This document shows positions 46,571 through 55,400 of a stretch of 64,000 bases of DNA, one piece after another; position 1 is the first letter of the stretch; each line of letters starts with the position of its first letter. A program made the position numbers and the translations under genes. The DNA is from Longimicrobiales bacterium (GTDB lineage Bacteria; Gemmatimonadota; Gemmatimonadetes; Longimicrobiales; Gaopeijiaceae): contig CBDBCF010000001.1 of assembly GCA_965202985.1 (NCBI GenBank), positions 224,001 to 288,000 on the forward strand, in the 5' to 3' direction. A model generated the notes under the pieces. It was not told where the DNA came from and did no database searches. It was given only the letters and a program-made list of their open reading frames with translations.

Positions 46571-47292
46571 GCCGACGCGCAGGCGAAACGCCTGGGACGC
46601 TCTGCTCGGCGCGGCACCCAACGCCCTGCCAGACCCGGACGCGCGCTGCGGCAACTGGCTACGCTTCGCCCGCACATGGGCGGGGTGCTCGCCCCATCCC
46701 CGGAACGCGAGACCGCCGATGCGACCGAGCCGAATCTTGCCGCACTCCGCGACCGCGTCGACGCCGCCTTCGCCGAGTGGCTGGGGCGTCGCTATGCGGG
46801 CTTGGCGAGCCTGCCGCCGCCCCCGCCGGTCATGTTGCACCATGTGCCGCACGTACTTGCGCACCATTTGGACCGGGCGGGGCCTGAGTGCCGCCCCCGC
46901 CGTCTACCAGAAGAATCTGGGCACGGGTTCGTTCGACCTGATCTCTCGTCCGCGAGTGCGGGCTGCCCGGCTGGTCGTGGCCGTGCTCCTCGACATGCTC
47001 CTGGCTCGCCTCCAACCACGGGCAATGTCGAAGCGACAGGTTGTGGCCGTCCAGCCGCCAGAGGAGTCGTCGGCCTTCGAGACAAGTGCGTCCACGTCTG
47101 CCCCAACGCGACGCTACGCCTGCGAGCGGCCGCCGAGTTTGCAGACACCCGTCCGTGGCCACCGTCGGGCCTGCCCCAGGACTACCTGCCCCTGCTGGCC
47201 CCCGAACGTTCCGCGTTCGTTCGCAAGGGGAAGCGCGTGGTCGCCCATGGCGGCGCTGCGTGGAGGAGGTCGTCGTGCCGCTGGTCGGCATC
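46570..47292 (+). pseudogene. Degraded duplicate of the pglZ 3' half
   Basis: Blocks of near identity to 62810-63906, e.g. gcgaccgagccgaa.cttgccgc.ctccgcgaccg and ttcgttcgcaaggggaagcgcgtggtcgccca, with several deletions. Confidence 0.9.
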
Positions 47293-47327
47293 CCCGTAGG
47301 CTTGACTTGGCCCAATAGCTGAACACG

Positions 47328-48878
47328 TTGCGGCAACCTCGAAAGTTCAGCGTCGGCGTGGAGGTGCAGGAGGAGCTGCACCGGCTGGGCGACTTGGACT
47401 TGCTGGTCTTCTACATCCCGGAGGTGTCCCGCTCGCAGAAGCCCGTCTATCTCAACAACGACATCCGTCGCGCGTTCGTGAGGAGCGGAGGCAGCGACGT
47501 TCGGTGCTCCGCCAGCGAGCGCAACCGCTTTCTTGTCGATGCCGCTTCCGAGCGCTACGACAGCCAGTTGGTGGAGATCGACCCGGCCAAGGCGTTCGAC
47601 GAAGAAAGCCTGCGCTGGTACCGAGCCGTCTACGAGGCGAGGCTGGGGAACCGATCCCACAAAGAAGCGTCCGACCTGGACTTCTTGGCCGAGATGGGGC
47701 TGCTCGTGGAACGGGGCGAACGCCGATTGCCGACGCGCGCGGTGGTGCTCCTCTTTGGAACGAACCCGGCGCTCCGGCAGCATCTGCCGCGTCCGGTGGT
47801 GGATTGTCAGCGCTACTCGACAGACCGCGCCGCCGCCTATACGGGCAAACGCTGGTTCGACCGCTTGGTGCTGGAAGACAACTTGGTGCGCACTTGGCGC
47901 ACGTTGATCGAGGAATGGTACGAGAAGTTCGCCGAGCATCCGTTCCGCTTGGACCCGCAGACCATGCAACGGGACGACACGCCGCCCGACTACCTGGCGT
48001 TCCGGGAGTCGATGGTCAACCTGATCGTCCACCAGGACTACGCCGACCCCTCCCGCAAGGCGCTGATCCGCCGCTACGCCGACCAGACCGTGTTCTGGAA
48101 CCCGGGCGACGCCTTCGCTCAGGACGCCGACCTGTTCGAGCCCGGCGAGAAGGAGGTCCGCAACCCCCGAATCGTGTTCGCGTTCCGTCACATCGGGCTT
48201 GGCGAGAACGCCGGTTGGGGCCTGCGCGACGTCTTCCGAAACTGGCAGCAGCTGGGCAACGTCCCGCCCCGCATCGACAACGACAAGCGCCGCAAGAGCT
48301 TCGAGATCGTCCTAGAGAAGGAGAAGCTGATGTCCGGGCCGCGGCAGGCGTTGCGGCAGGCGCTCGGGGCGACCTTGACGGAGCCGCAGGCTCGCGTGTT
48401 CGCCTTCGCGTCGCGGGAGGCCGAGGTCACGCTGTCCCAGATCGGGCTCGTGGCGGGGGTGTCGAGCGAAGAGGCCGTGCGGCTGGCGCGGCACTTGGTC
48501 ACGCAGGTGCTCTTTCGCCGGATAGGACAGGGCCGGTACACGCTGGCCCGGCATGTCCGAGACCGACCGCCCAGCGAAGCGGGGTTGGTCACTGACCAAG
48601 CTGCCGCGCCCAAAGGGGGGTTGGTCACTGCCGGAGTGACCAACTTGACGGAACATCAGAAAACGATTATGATTAACTGTGATGCGCCTCGTACCAGAGC
48701 GGAGCTGATGGAGCGCACCGGCTTGAACCACCGCGCGTTCTTCCGGCGCAAGCACCTGGACCCGCTGGTTCGCGCCGGCCTGATTCGCATGACCCGGCCC
48801 GAAGAACCCACACACCCCGACCAAGCCTACGTGGTGACCGAATCCGGCCTTGCCTTCTTGAGTGAATCGAAGAAGTGA
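47328..48878 (+). CDS. AlbA_2/Schlafen + HATPase (RecG C-terminal-like) + wHTH protein, N-terminally truncated
   Basis: KPVY....AFVRSGGSD, FRESMVNLIVHQDY, FWNPG, RNPRI, GENAGWGL, C-terminal L.PL...GLI.MT.P..P.HP.Q.Y. Confidence 0.75.
   Translation: MRQPRKFSVGVEVQEELHRLGDLDLLVFYIPEVSRSQKPVYLNNDIRRAFVRSGGSDVRCSASERNRFLVDAASERYDSQLVEIDPAKAFDEESLRWYRAVYEARLGNRSHKEASDLDFLAEMGLLVERGERRLPTRAVVLLFGTNPALRQHLPRPVVDCQRYSTDRAAAYTGKRWFDRLVLEDNLVRTWRTLIEEWYEKFAEHPFRLDPQTMQRDDTPPDYLAFRESMVNLIVHQDYADPSRKALIRRYADQTVFWNPGDAFAQDADLFEPGEKEVRNPRIVFAFRHIGLGENAGWGLRDVFRNWQQLGNVPPRIDNDKRRKSFEIVLEKEKLMSGPRQALRQALGATLTEPQARVFAFASREAEVTLSQIGLVAGVSSEEAVRLARHLVTQVLFRRIGQGRYTLARHVRDRPPSEAGLVTDQAAAPKGGLVTAGVTNLTEHQKTIMINCDAPRTRAELMERTGLNHRAFFRRKHLDPLVRAGLIRMTRPEEPTHPDQAYVVTESGLAFLSESKK
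48580..48673 (+). promoter_or_regulatory. Intragenic palindromes followed by a sigma70-like promoter TTGACG-N17-TATGAT
   Basis: TTGGTCA-C-TGACCAA and GTTGGTCACT-N5-AGTGACCAAC; -35 at 48645-48650, -10 at 48668-48673. Confidence 0.6.
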
Positions 48879-51661
48879 CCGACTCGCCGAGCAGGCTCTT
48901 CGAGCGGAAGGCGGCCCCGACGACGGCCCAAGTCGAGTGCCTGGGCATGCCCTTCGAGTCCGACAACGCCCGGCGCGAGCACTTCCTGCAGCGACTGCGC
49001 GAGAAGCTCCCCGAGCTGCGCAAGCGTCCTGACTTCCCAAGGGGGGAGGACGAGAACATCCTGCGCATGTCCGACCCGCCGTACTACACGGCCTGCCCGA
49101 ACCCGTTCCTGGCCGAGTTCGTCGAGCACTACGGGACGCCCTACGACCCCGCCGAGGAGTACCACCGCGAGCCGTTCGCCGTGGACGTGAGCGTGGGCAA
49201 GACCGACCCGCTCTACCGGGCGCACGGCTACCACACCAAGGTCCCCCACCTGGCGATCGTCCCGTCGATCCTGCACTACACCGAGCCCGGCGACATCGTG
49301 CTGGACGGCTTCTGCGGCTCGGGGATGACCGGTGTGGCCGCCCAGTGGTGCGGCGCGGCCCCGGAGGAGTACCGCCGCAAGCTCGAGAAGGAATGGAAGG
49401 ACCAAGGCCGGGAGCCGCCCAAGTGGGGCGCGCGGCGGGCCGTCTTGGGCGATCTGTCCCCCGCGGCCACCTTCATCACCGCCAACTACAACATCCCCTT
49501 CGACGTGGACGAGTTCGCCGAGGCGGCCAAACAGCTGCTGGAAGACGTCGAGAAGGAAGTCGGCTGGATGTACGAGACGCTTCACACCGACGGAAAGACC
49601 AATGGCCGGATCAACTACACGGTGTGGAGCGAGGTGTTCTCGTGTCCGGACTGCGGCGGGGAGGTGGTGTTCGGGCGGGAGGCCGTGGACGCCCGGACCA
49701 AGAAGGTGAAAAAGCAATTTCCGTGCCCGGAGTGCGGAGCGGTGCTGACGAAGATACGGCTCGTGCGAAGCTCTTCCGCCCGGTGGGATCGAGCCCTTGA
49801 ACGGAGCGTCGACGAACCCAAGCGAGTGCCGGTCCTGATCAACTATCAGATCGGCAACGACAGGCACGAAAAGGAGCCGGACAGTGCCGATCTTCAACTT
49901 CTCGAGCGAATCGCAGCTATGGAGCCCCTCCAAGGCGTGCCCTTGGACCACATGATGCACGTCTCCGACGGCGTGACGAAGTGGGGCGACAAGTGGCGGG
50001 CCGGGTCGGCCTCGTTTCAGCACGTGCACCACCTGTTCCTGCCTCGGGCCGCGCGAACTCTGGCTTGCCTGTGGGGCTTGGTTCGCCAGCAGGACGACCT
50101 GCGGTTACGCAACATGCTCATGTTCTTGGCCGAGCAGGCGATCCTCGGCATGTCCATCTTGAATCGGTACGGTCCAACCCACTACTCCCAGGTGAACCGT
50201 GCGATGTCCGGGGTGTACTACGTCAGCTCCCAGATCTCGGAATGCTCCCTCCGCTACAACCTAACGGGACGCACCGGCCGATTGCCCAAGGCGTTCACGC
50301 CCATGCCTTCGCGTCGTGGCCATGCTGTCGTGTCGGCCGTGGACTGCGGACGCATCCCAGTTCCAAGGGACTCCGTCGACTACATCTTCACCGACCCGCC
50401 CTTCGGCGACAGCTTGGCCTACGGCGAACTCAACTTCGTCGTCGAGGCGTTCCACGGCGTTTTCACGAACCAAGCCCCGGAAGCGATCGTCAGCCCGACG
50501 CAGCGCAAGCAGCTGGACGAATACCAAGTGCTCATGCGGCGCTGCTTCGGCGAATACGCCAGGGTCCTCAAGCCGGGGCGGTGGATGACCGTCGTGTTCC
50601 ACAACTCCCAGAACTCGGTTTGGAACGCCATTCAGGAGGGCCTGTCCGCCGCCGGCTTGGTCGTGGCCGACGTGCGCACGCTGGACAAGAAGGTCGGCTC
50701 CTACAACCAAGCCGTTGCCAGCGGCGCCGTGAAGCAGGACCTGGTCATATCGTGCTACAAGCCGTCCCGCGACCTGGAGGCGCGCTTCAAGCTGACGGCC
50801 GGAAGCGAGGACGGCGTCTGGGAGTTCGTCCACAATCACCTCAGAAACCTGCCGGTGTTCGTGGCCAAAGGGGACGTGGCGGAGATCGTCGCCGAGCGCC
50901 TCGACTACCTCCTCTTCGACCGAATGGTGGCGTTCCATGTCCAGCGAGGCGTGATCATCCCCCTCTCGGCCGCCGAGTTCTACGAAGGCCTGAAGCAGCG
51001 GTTCGCGGCCCGCAACGGCATGTACTTCCTCCCCGAGCAAGCCGTCGAGCACGACCGCAAGCGGCTCACGGTCCGGCGCATCGAGCAGCTGGCCCTCCTC
51101 GTGACCGACGAGAAGTCCGCCATCGAGTGGCTGCGCCTCCAACTGAAGGCCCGTCCCCGGAGCTTCCAGGCGATCCACCCCGATTTCGTCCGCGAGCTCG
51201 GCGGCTGGCAGAGGCACGAGCAGCTTCTGGAGCTGTCCACCCTCCTGGAGCAGAACTTCCTCTGCTACGACGGCGAGGGCGAGGTCCCCTGCCAGATTCA
51301 CGGCTACCTGTCCAGCAACTACAAGGACACCCGGAACCTGCCCAAGGACGACTCCACCCTGCGGAAGCGCGCCCGCGACCGCTGGTACGTGCCGGACGTC
51401 AACAAGGCCACCGACCTGGAGCGCCTCCGGGAGCGCACGCTCCTCCGGGAGTTCCAGACCTACCGGGAACCGTCGCGACGGCGCCTGACGAAGTTCCGTC
51501 TGGAGGCCGTCCGCGCCGGCTTCCGTCGCGCCTGGGGGAAGGGCGACTACGACACGATCCTCGATATCGCCCGGAAGGTCCCCGACAAGGTGCTGCGGGA
51601 GGACCTCCAGCTGCTGATGTGGTACGACCAGGCGAAGAGGCGGAAAGAGGCGGAAGGGTGA
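48875..51661 (+). CDS. pglXI: BREX-3 DNA methyltransferase PglXI copy B (intact, 928 aa)
   Basis: Motif I DGFCGSGMTG, zinc ribbon, FTDPPF, WYVPD, EAVRAGF; BREX-3 context. Confidence 0.92.
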   Translation: MTDSPSRLFERKAAPTTAQVECLGMPFESDNARREHFLQRLREKLPELRKRPDFPRGEDENILRMSDPPYYTACPNPFLAEFVEHYGTPYDPAEEYHREPFAVDVSVGKTDPLYRAHGYHTKVPHLAIVPSILHYTEPGDIVLDGFCGSGMTGVAAQWCGAAPEEYRRKLEKEWKDQGREPPKWGARRAVLGDLSPAATFITANYNIPFDVDEFAEAAKQLLEDVEKEVGWMYETLHTDGKTNGRINYTVWSEVFSCPDCGGEVVFGREAVDARTKKVKKQFPCPECGAVLTKIRLVRSSSARWDRALERSVDEPKRVPVLINYQIGNDRHEKEPDSADLQLLERIAAMEPLQGVPLDHMMHVSDGVTKWGDKWRAGSASFQHVHHLFLPRAARTLACLWGLVRQQDDLRLRNMLMFLAEQAILGMSILNRYGPTHYSQVNRAMSGVYYVSSQISECSLRYNLTGRTGRLPKAFTPMPSRRGHAVVSAVDCGRIPVPRDSVDYIFTDPPFGDSLAYGELNFVVEAFHGVFTNQAPEAIVSPTQRKQLDEYQVLMRRCFGEYARVLKPGRWMTVVFHNSQNSVWNAIQEGLSAAGLVVADVRTLDKKVGSYNQAVASGAVKQDLVISCYKPSRDLEARFKLTAGSEDGVWEFVHNHLRNLPVFVAKGDVAEIVAERLDYLLFDRMVAFHVQRGVIIPLSAAEFYEGLKQRFAARNGMYFLPEQAVEHDRKRLTVRRIEQLALLVTDEKSAIEWLRLQLKARPRSFQAIHPDFVRELGGWQRHEQLLELSTLLEQNFLCYDGEGEVPCQIHGYLSSNYKDTRNLPKDDSTLRKRARDRWYVPDVNKATDLERLRERTLLREFQTYREPSRRRLTKFRLEAVRAGFRRAWGKGDYDTILDIARKVPDKVLREDLQLLMWYDQAKRRKEAEG

Positions 51662-51856
51662 GCGAGGGGGTCGGAGGCGAAGCTGACCAGTCGGGGAGTG
51701 ACGGGCACGATTGTGGACGACGCCGAAGAGTCGGCGACCGTTTTCCATCCCAGATGCTCTGCCCTCCTTTGGCTACGAAGCCCGCCGGTACCATGACAGG
51801 TCGGACCTGCGAAACCATGGCACGGTTCAGCGGGACCTTTCGCGCCGTCGTCAGGA

Positions 51857-52483
51857 ATGCAACGGAGGAACGGACTCCGTCCGCCCTGCTACACTGGGGA
51901 GGCCTGGGCGGGTGTCATGCCCTTGGCCGTGTCACGGTCACGTACGTGCACTCTGCTGCTTCCAATCCAAGGACAAGAGGAGGCTCCATGTCATTCACCT
52001 TCCCGCCGCTGGCGAGACCTTGGTCCGCACCTACCCCTACAGATGCATATTGTGAGTAACGCATCGGACGACCTCTTGAAGTCCATTTCCGCGATGGCGT
52101 CCTCACTATCGGGACGATTCTGGGCAGCTCGCGACTGGCCTAAATTACAAGAGCTTTGTTTTCGTCTCTTCGACATCTCTGTCGACGCGTTGTTGACTGA
52201 AGCCATGCAGTTGTACGATGCATCTGCAAAGACTGCTGTGTGCGAGCACTTGGTTCAACGGGTGGTAGATGAAGTGATAGAAGCCAACTATTCTCTACAT
52301 AATTTGAGAATCAGGCTGATGGCCGCTCCAAAGGGATGGAAGATGACTTCAGATTACTACCGGCAGACCTTTGACGTATTCAACGTAGCTTCTGATTCTG
52401 TGTCTCGTCTGGTGAAGACGATGACAGTGATGAGAGTTGTTTGCAATTCCCAAAGTATGGCTGTAGAACGACAATCAGGATGA
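51857..52483 (+). CDS. Hypothetical protein (start uncertain, perhaps about 52043)
   Basis: Low-GC helical-looking ORF; only the C-terminal ~145 aa look protein-like. Confidence 0.4.
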   Translation: MQRRNGLRPPCYTGEAWAGVMPLAVSRSRTCTLLLPIQGQEEAPCHSPSRRWRDLGPHLPLQMHIVSNASDDLLKSISAMASSLSGRFWAARDWPKLQELCFRLFDISVDALLTEAMQLYDASAKTAVCEHLVQRVVDEVIEANYSLHNLRIRLMAAPKGWKMTSDYYRQTFDVFNVASDSVSRLVKTMTVMRVVCNSQSMAVERQSG

Positions 52484-52604
52484 GACCCTGGCAACAATCA
52501 AGATGAGATGCTCGGGATCGTGTGACGGGAACGATGGGAGCGGACGGGGAGCGGATCAAGGCGAGGGCCCTGGGCGGTTGCGGAGCGAGGCCGGGGAGGG
52601 GCGC

Positions 52605-52870
52605 TCAGTCGGCTGTGGAGGTGCGTTCAGCGGCGGACCTCGTCGTCGGGGGTCGGCGCGGGCGTGCTGTACGGGGCAACCGGGCGGCTACTTTTGGTCG
52701 GCGGCGGCCACGATGTCGGCGCGTTGGAAGGCAGTAATTCTCGCCTTCGAGGTTGGCGACATGGGCGTGGTGGGCGAGTCGGTCGACGGCCGCGGCGAGG
52801 ACTCGGACCAGGTGTTCGGACAGTCCGAGCAGGCGGCCGAAGTCGAAGTTGTCGATCCAGTCGCGTGCGT
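52605..52870 (-). mobile_element. IS21-family istB remnant, internally deleted
   Basis: Minus strand reads DNFDFGRL.GL....VR fused to AAAVDRLAHHAHVANLEGENY. Confidence 0.7.
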
Positions 52871-52902
52871 TGGACGAATACCGTCACCGCCCGCAACGTC
52901 TG

Positions 52903-54924
52903 CTATTCCTTGTCTACATCCCTACTGACGCCATCCAGAATCCGCTCCCACGAGCCAAATTCCCGAACAAAGTACGGCCGCTTAGCGTCTGGATCCACCA
53001 GTACCCCAAACCAGCATGTCGCATTGTGTTCAGACATTCGTCTTCGGACTGCTTCGATCAGCATCAGATGTGTCGCCGCCCCATTGTACCCACTGCACAC
53101 CGTAAGACCCACTCCTAGCACCTCGGCCACGTAACTACCGCGTTGTGGCTGCAGACTCACCACCGCCCTGCGGGCCATGGCGTCTATCTTTTGGTTAACA
53201 TGATCGCATGCGTCCGGCGGAAGTGCGAGCAAGAACATCCCAAGGTCGATTCCCGCCTTACTAGGATTGATCTCCAAGTCCGCGATTATGCCGCCCAATA
53301 CGGAGTTGACGAACGGAGTTAACGCTCCCCTCGGCACTCTATCACCAGGAAGCCCCAATCTTCGCACGTACATGGCTGCGTCCACAGTCGCCGAGAAATT
53401 CTGCTCAATATAAATAATAGAGAGATTATCGTCGACCCAAAGATTGTGCGACAGATGATAGCCCAGGGTAGTCAATTCGTGATCGGATAAGATCTTGGAC
53501 CGGAAAATCAGCCTGCGGTCAATATAGCTCAAGAAACGTAGTGGAGAATCCAACAATTCCGTGACAGAATCCAGGCAAAACACGTCACACACAAAGGGGG
53601 GCTTGAGGATATCATCTGTATACATTTTCTCCAAGAGATAATCGGTTTGATGGCCGAGAGCCGGATAATCCTCCGACGTAATGCAGAACAAATATATCTT
53701 CGGATCGGCAAGTGGTATTCGTATCTTGCTTGCAAGTCGATCCTCATACAAGTAATCATCGTCTATGATCATACGGGCGGTCTGCAGACATTGATTGTAG
53801 GCAGCTTGAATACCCTTCTTGAAATCAGAAATAATCGCCGCGGCATCTCCCTTTCTTGCATCGTAGGTTAGTCGTTTCGATTTTACTTGACCAATTATGA
53901 CTCGATTGCCAAAAACTACCAGTACGTCGACTTCTCCGTGGGTGTAGCCAGCACTATCCTTCAGTTGAACATTCCGGAATACATGTTGCTCACCGAAGAC
54001 ATGTTTTAGTCGGCGATATACAATCTGTTCGGCGACTTCTCCTCTGTGTCGCGAAGCAGTTTGCTCGTAGGGTGTGTTGATCATCCAATAGTATGGACTG
54101 ACGTAGAGAGATTCCATCAAGTTGATGTAATCGAACAGAACAAAGGACTTGCCGTCTTGACGAATGATGGGGCGGGCCTTCGCCATGTTGAAGTCACCAG
54201 GCGATCTGTAGTCGGTGTTACGTTCATCTGTCGTACTGCAAAACGACTGTAGTATAGCGAGAATCGCACTGTCGTCAATATCGACTGCAGCTACGAGGTC
54301 GTCAAACGAGAACGTTAGTGCCTGACAGAAAACAGAAGGAGTACTGGCGGCCGCATCGGCCTGGGACAATGCGGAGACGATGTTCGTTACCGCTTCATCC
54401 TGATGACAGCAAATAGCTTGCGCAACGATAATAGCATCCTCAATGGAAAATCCCTTGTGTGTTCTGAGCCATTGTTCATCCTCTCGGTATCGCTCAGCCG
54501 CAAAATCACTATATTGGAATGGTTGAGCCGACTCTGCACTGTAGAAGATCGGTTCGCGCATACGCTGGCCAATAGGCTGTTGATGCAGAATAGAAGGCGA
54601 AAGCGACTTGTGAAGCATCTGTAACAGCTCGTGAGTACGAGCAATGTAGTGTGCCATCGCCTCCATAGTCGGTTCCGTATAGTCAATGGGGTGCTTCAGT
54701 AGCAGCCCTGCCAACATGGTCTGCTCCCAGCGATTTAGTCGATCTGGCCTGTGATAAGTCATCCATTGCTTTGCCGACACACCGGAGGTCACGTTCACGT
54801 AATTATTCGTAACAGCAATACTGCACAATGCATAGATGTATCCAGGAGATCCACAGAGGTTAGTGAGAGCTTCGAAAATACTCTCTGTAGACTGTGATTC
54901 AGAATGGGAACACGTGGCGCTCAT
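52903..54924 (-). CDS. Hypothetical protein with NERD-like PD-(D/E)XK nuclease domain
   Basis: RGEVAE, GEVDVLVVFGNRVIIGQVKSK, AYNQ. Much lower GC than the host genes. Confidence 0.7.
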   Translation of the reverse strand: MSATCSHSESQSTESIFEALTNLCGSPGYIYALCSIAVTNNYVNVTSGVSAKQWMTYHRPDRLNRWEQTMLAGLLLKHPIDYTEPTMEAMAHYIARTHELLQMLHKSLSPSILHQQPIGQRMREPIFYSAESAQPFQYSDFAAERYREDEQWLRTHKGFSIEDAIIVAQAICCHQDEAVTNIVSALSQADAAASTPSVFCQALTFSFDDLVAAVDIDDSAILAILQSFCSTTDERNTDYRSPGDFNMAKARPIIRQDGKSFVLFDYINLMESLYVSPYYWMINTPYEQTASRHRGEVAEQIVYRRLKHVFGEQHVFRNVQLKDSAGYTHGEVDVLVVFGNRVIIGQVKSKRLTYDARKGDAAAIISDFKKGIQAAYNQCLQTARMIIDDDYLYEDRLASKIRIPLADPKIYLFCITSEDYPALGHQTDYLLEKMYTDDILKPPFVCDVFCLDSVTELLDSPLRFLSYIDRRLIFRSKILSDHELTTLGYHLSHNLWVDDNLSIIYIEQNFSATVDAAMYVRRLGLPGDRVPRGALTPFVNSVLGGIIADLEINPSKAGIDLGMFLLALPPDACDHVNQKIDAMARRAVVSLQPQRGSYVAEVLGVGLTVCSGYNGAATHLMLIEAVRRRMSEHNATCWFGVLVDPDAKRPYFVREFGSWERILDGVSRDVDKE

Positions 54925-55400
54925 CTGGCTTGTTGCTCCTTGGGTTCGTGATTAGGATGGCGGACCGCAACGAGGCCAGTGGATTCAGGGGTTCCAATCA
55001 GAACGAGTGAATCGCCAGCCGTGGGCGGAAACGTAAGATAGTGGACTTATTGTTGTGGCAAAAGATAGTCGGTTGCTTCTGTGGTCTCGGCATCGAAATT
55101 GAAGTTAGCATGCCGTCAAGGCGGCGGCCAAGTCCTAGAGGCCTCCGTTTCTGTGGGGCCGACCAGTGATCGGGAGGCCGCCGCCGGTCTTGGGGAGCCT
55201 CGGCGCTCGGACAACCGTCGGGCCGTTCCGTTTCCCGCGGCGACCGGGGACGGGCTGACAGACGTGGGCATGAACCCGCTATGCCGTACGCATTGCGCTC
55301 GAACTCGGCCGGCGCGTGCGCGACAGAACTTAGCGGGACACGGGCGTTTACCGGGGTCTCGACGGCGCGAACGCACGGAATTCGCGGAATTGGGCTTGAA

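Noticed and set aside
41768..51661. DGR or invertase shufflon as the source of pglXI variation
   Set aside because: No reverse transcriptase or site-specific recombinase in the window; the copies are direct, and the differences are not adenine-specific.
51988..52059. GAGGAGG-ATG short ORF (MSFTFPP...)
   Set aside because: 23 codons with no other support; may be the frameshifted start of the downstream hypothetical gene.
54960..55395. Possible ncRNA or additional IS end
   Set aside because: No convincing structure or ORF; probably IS-derived debris.
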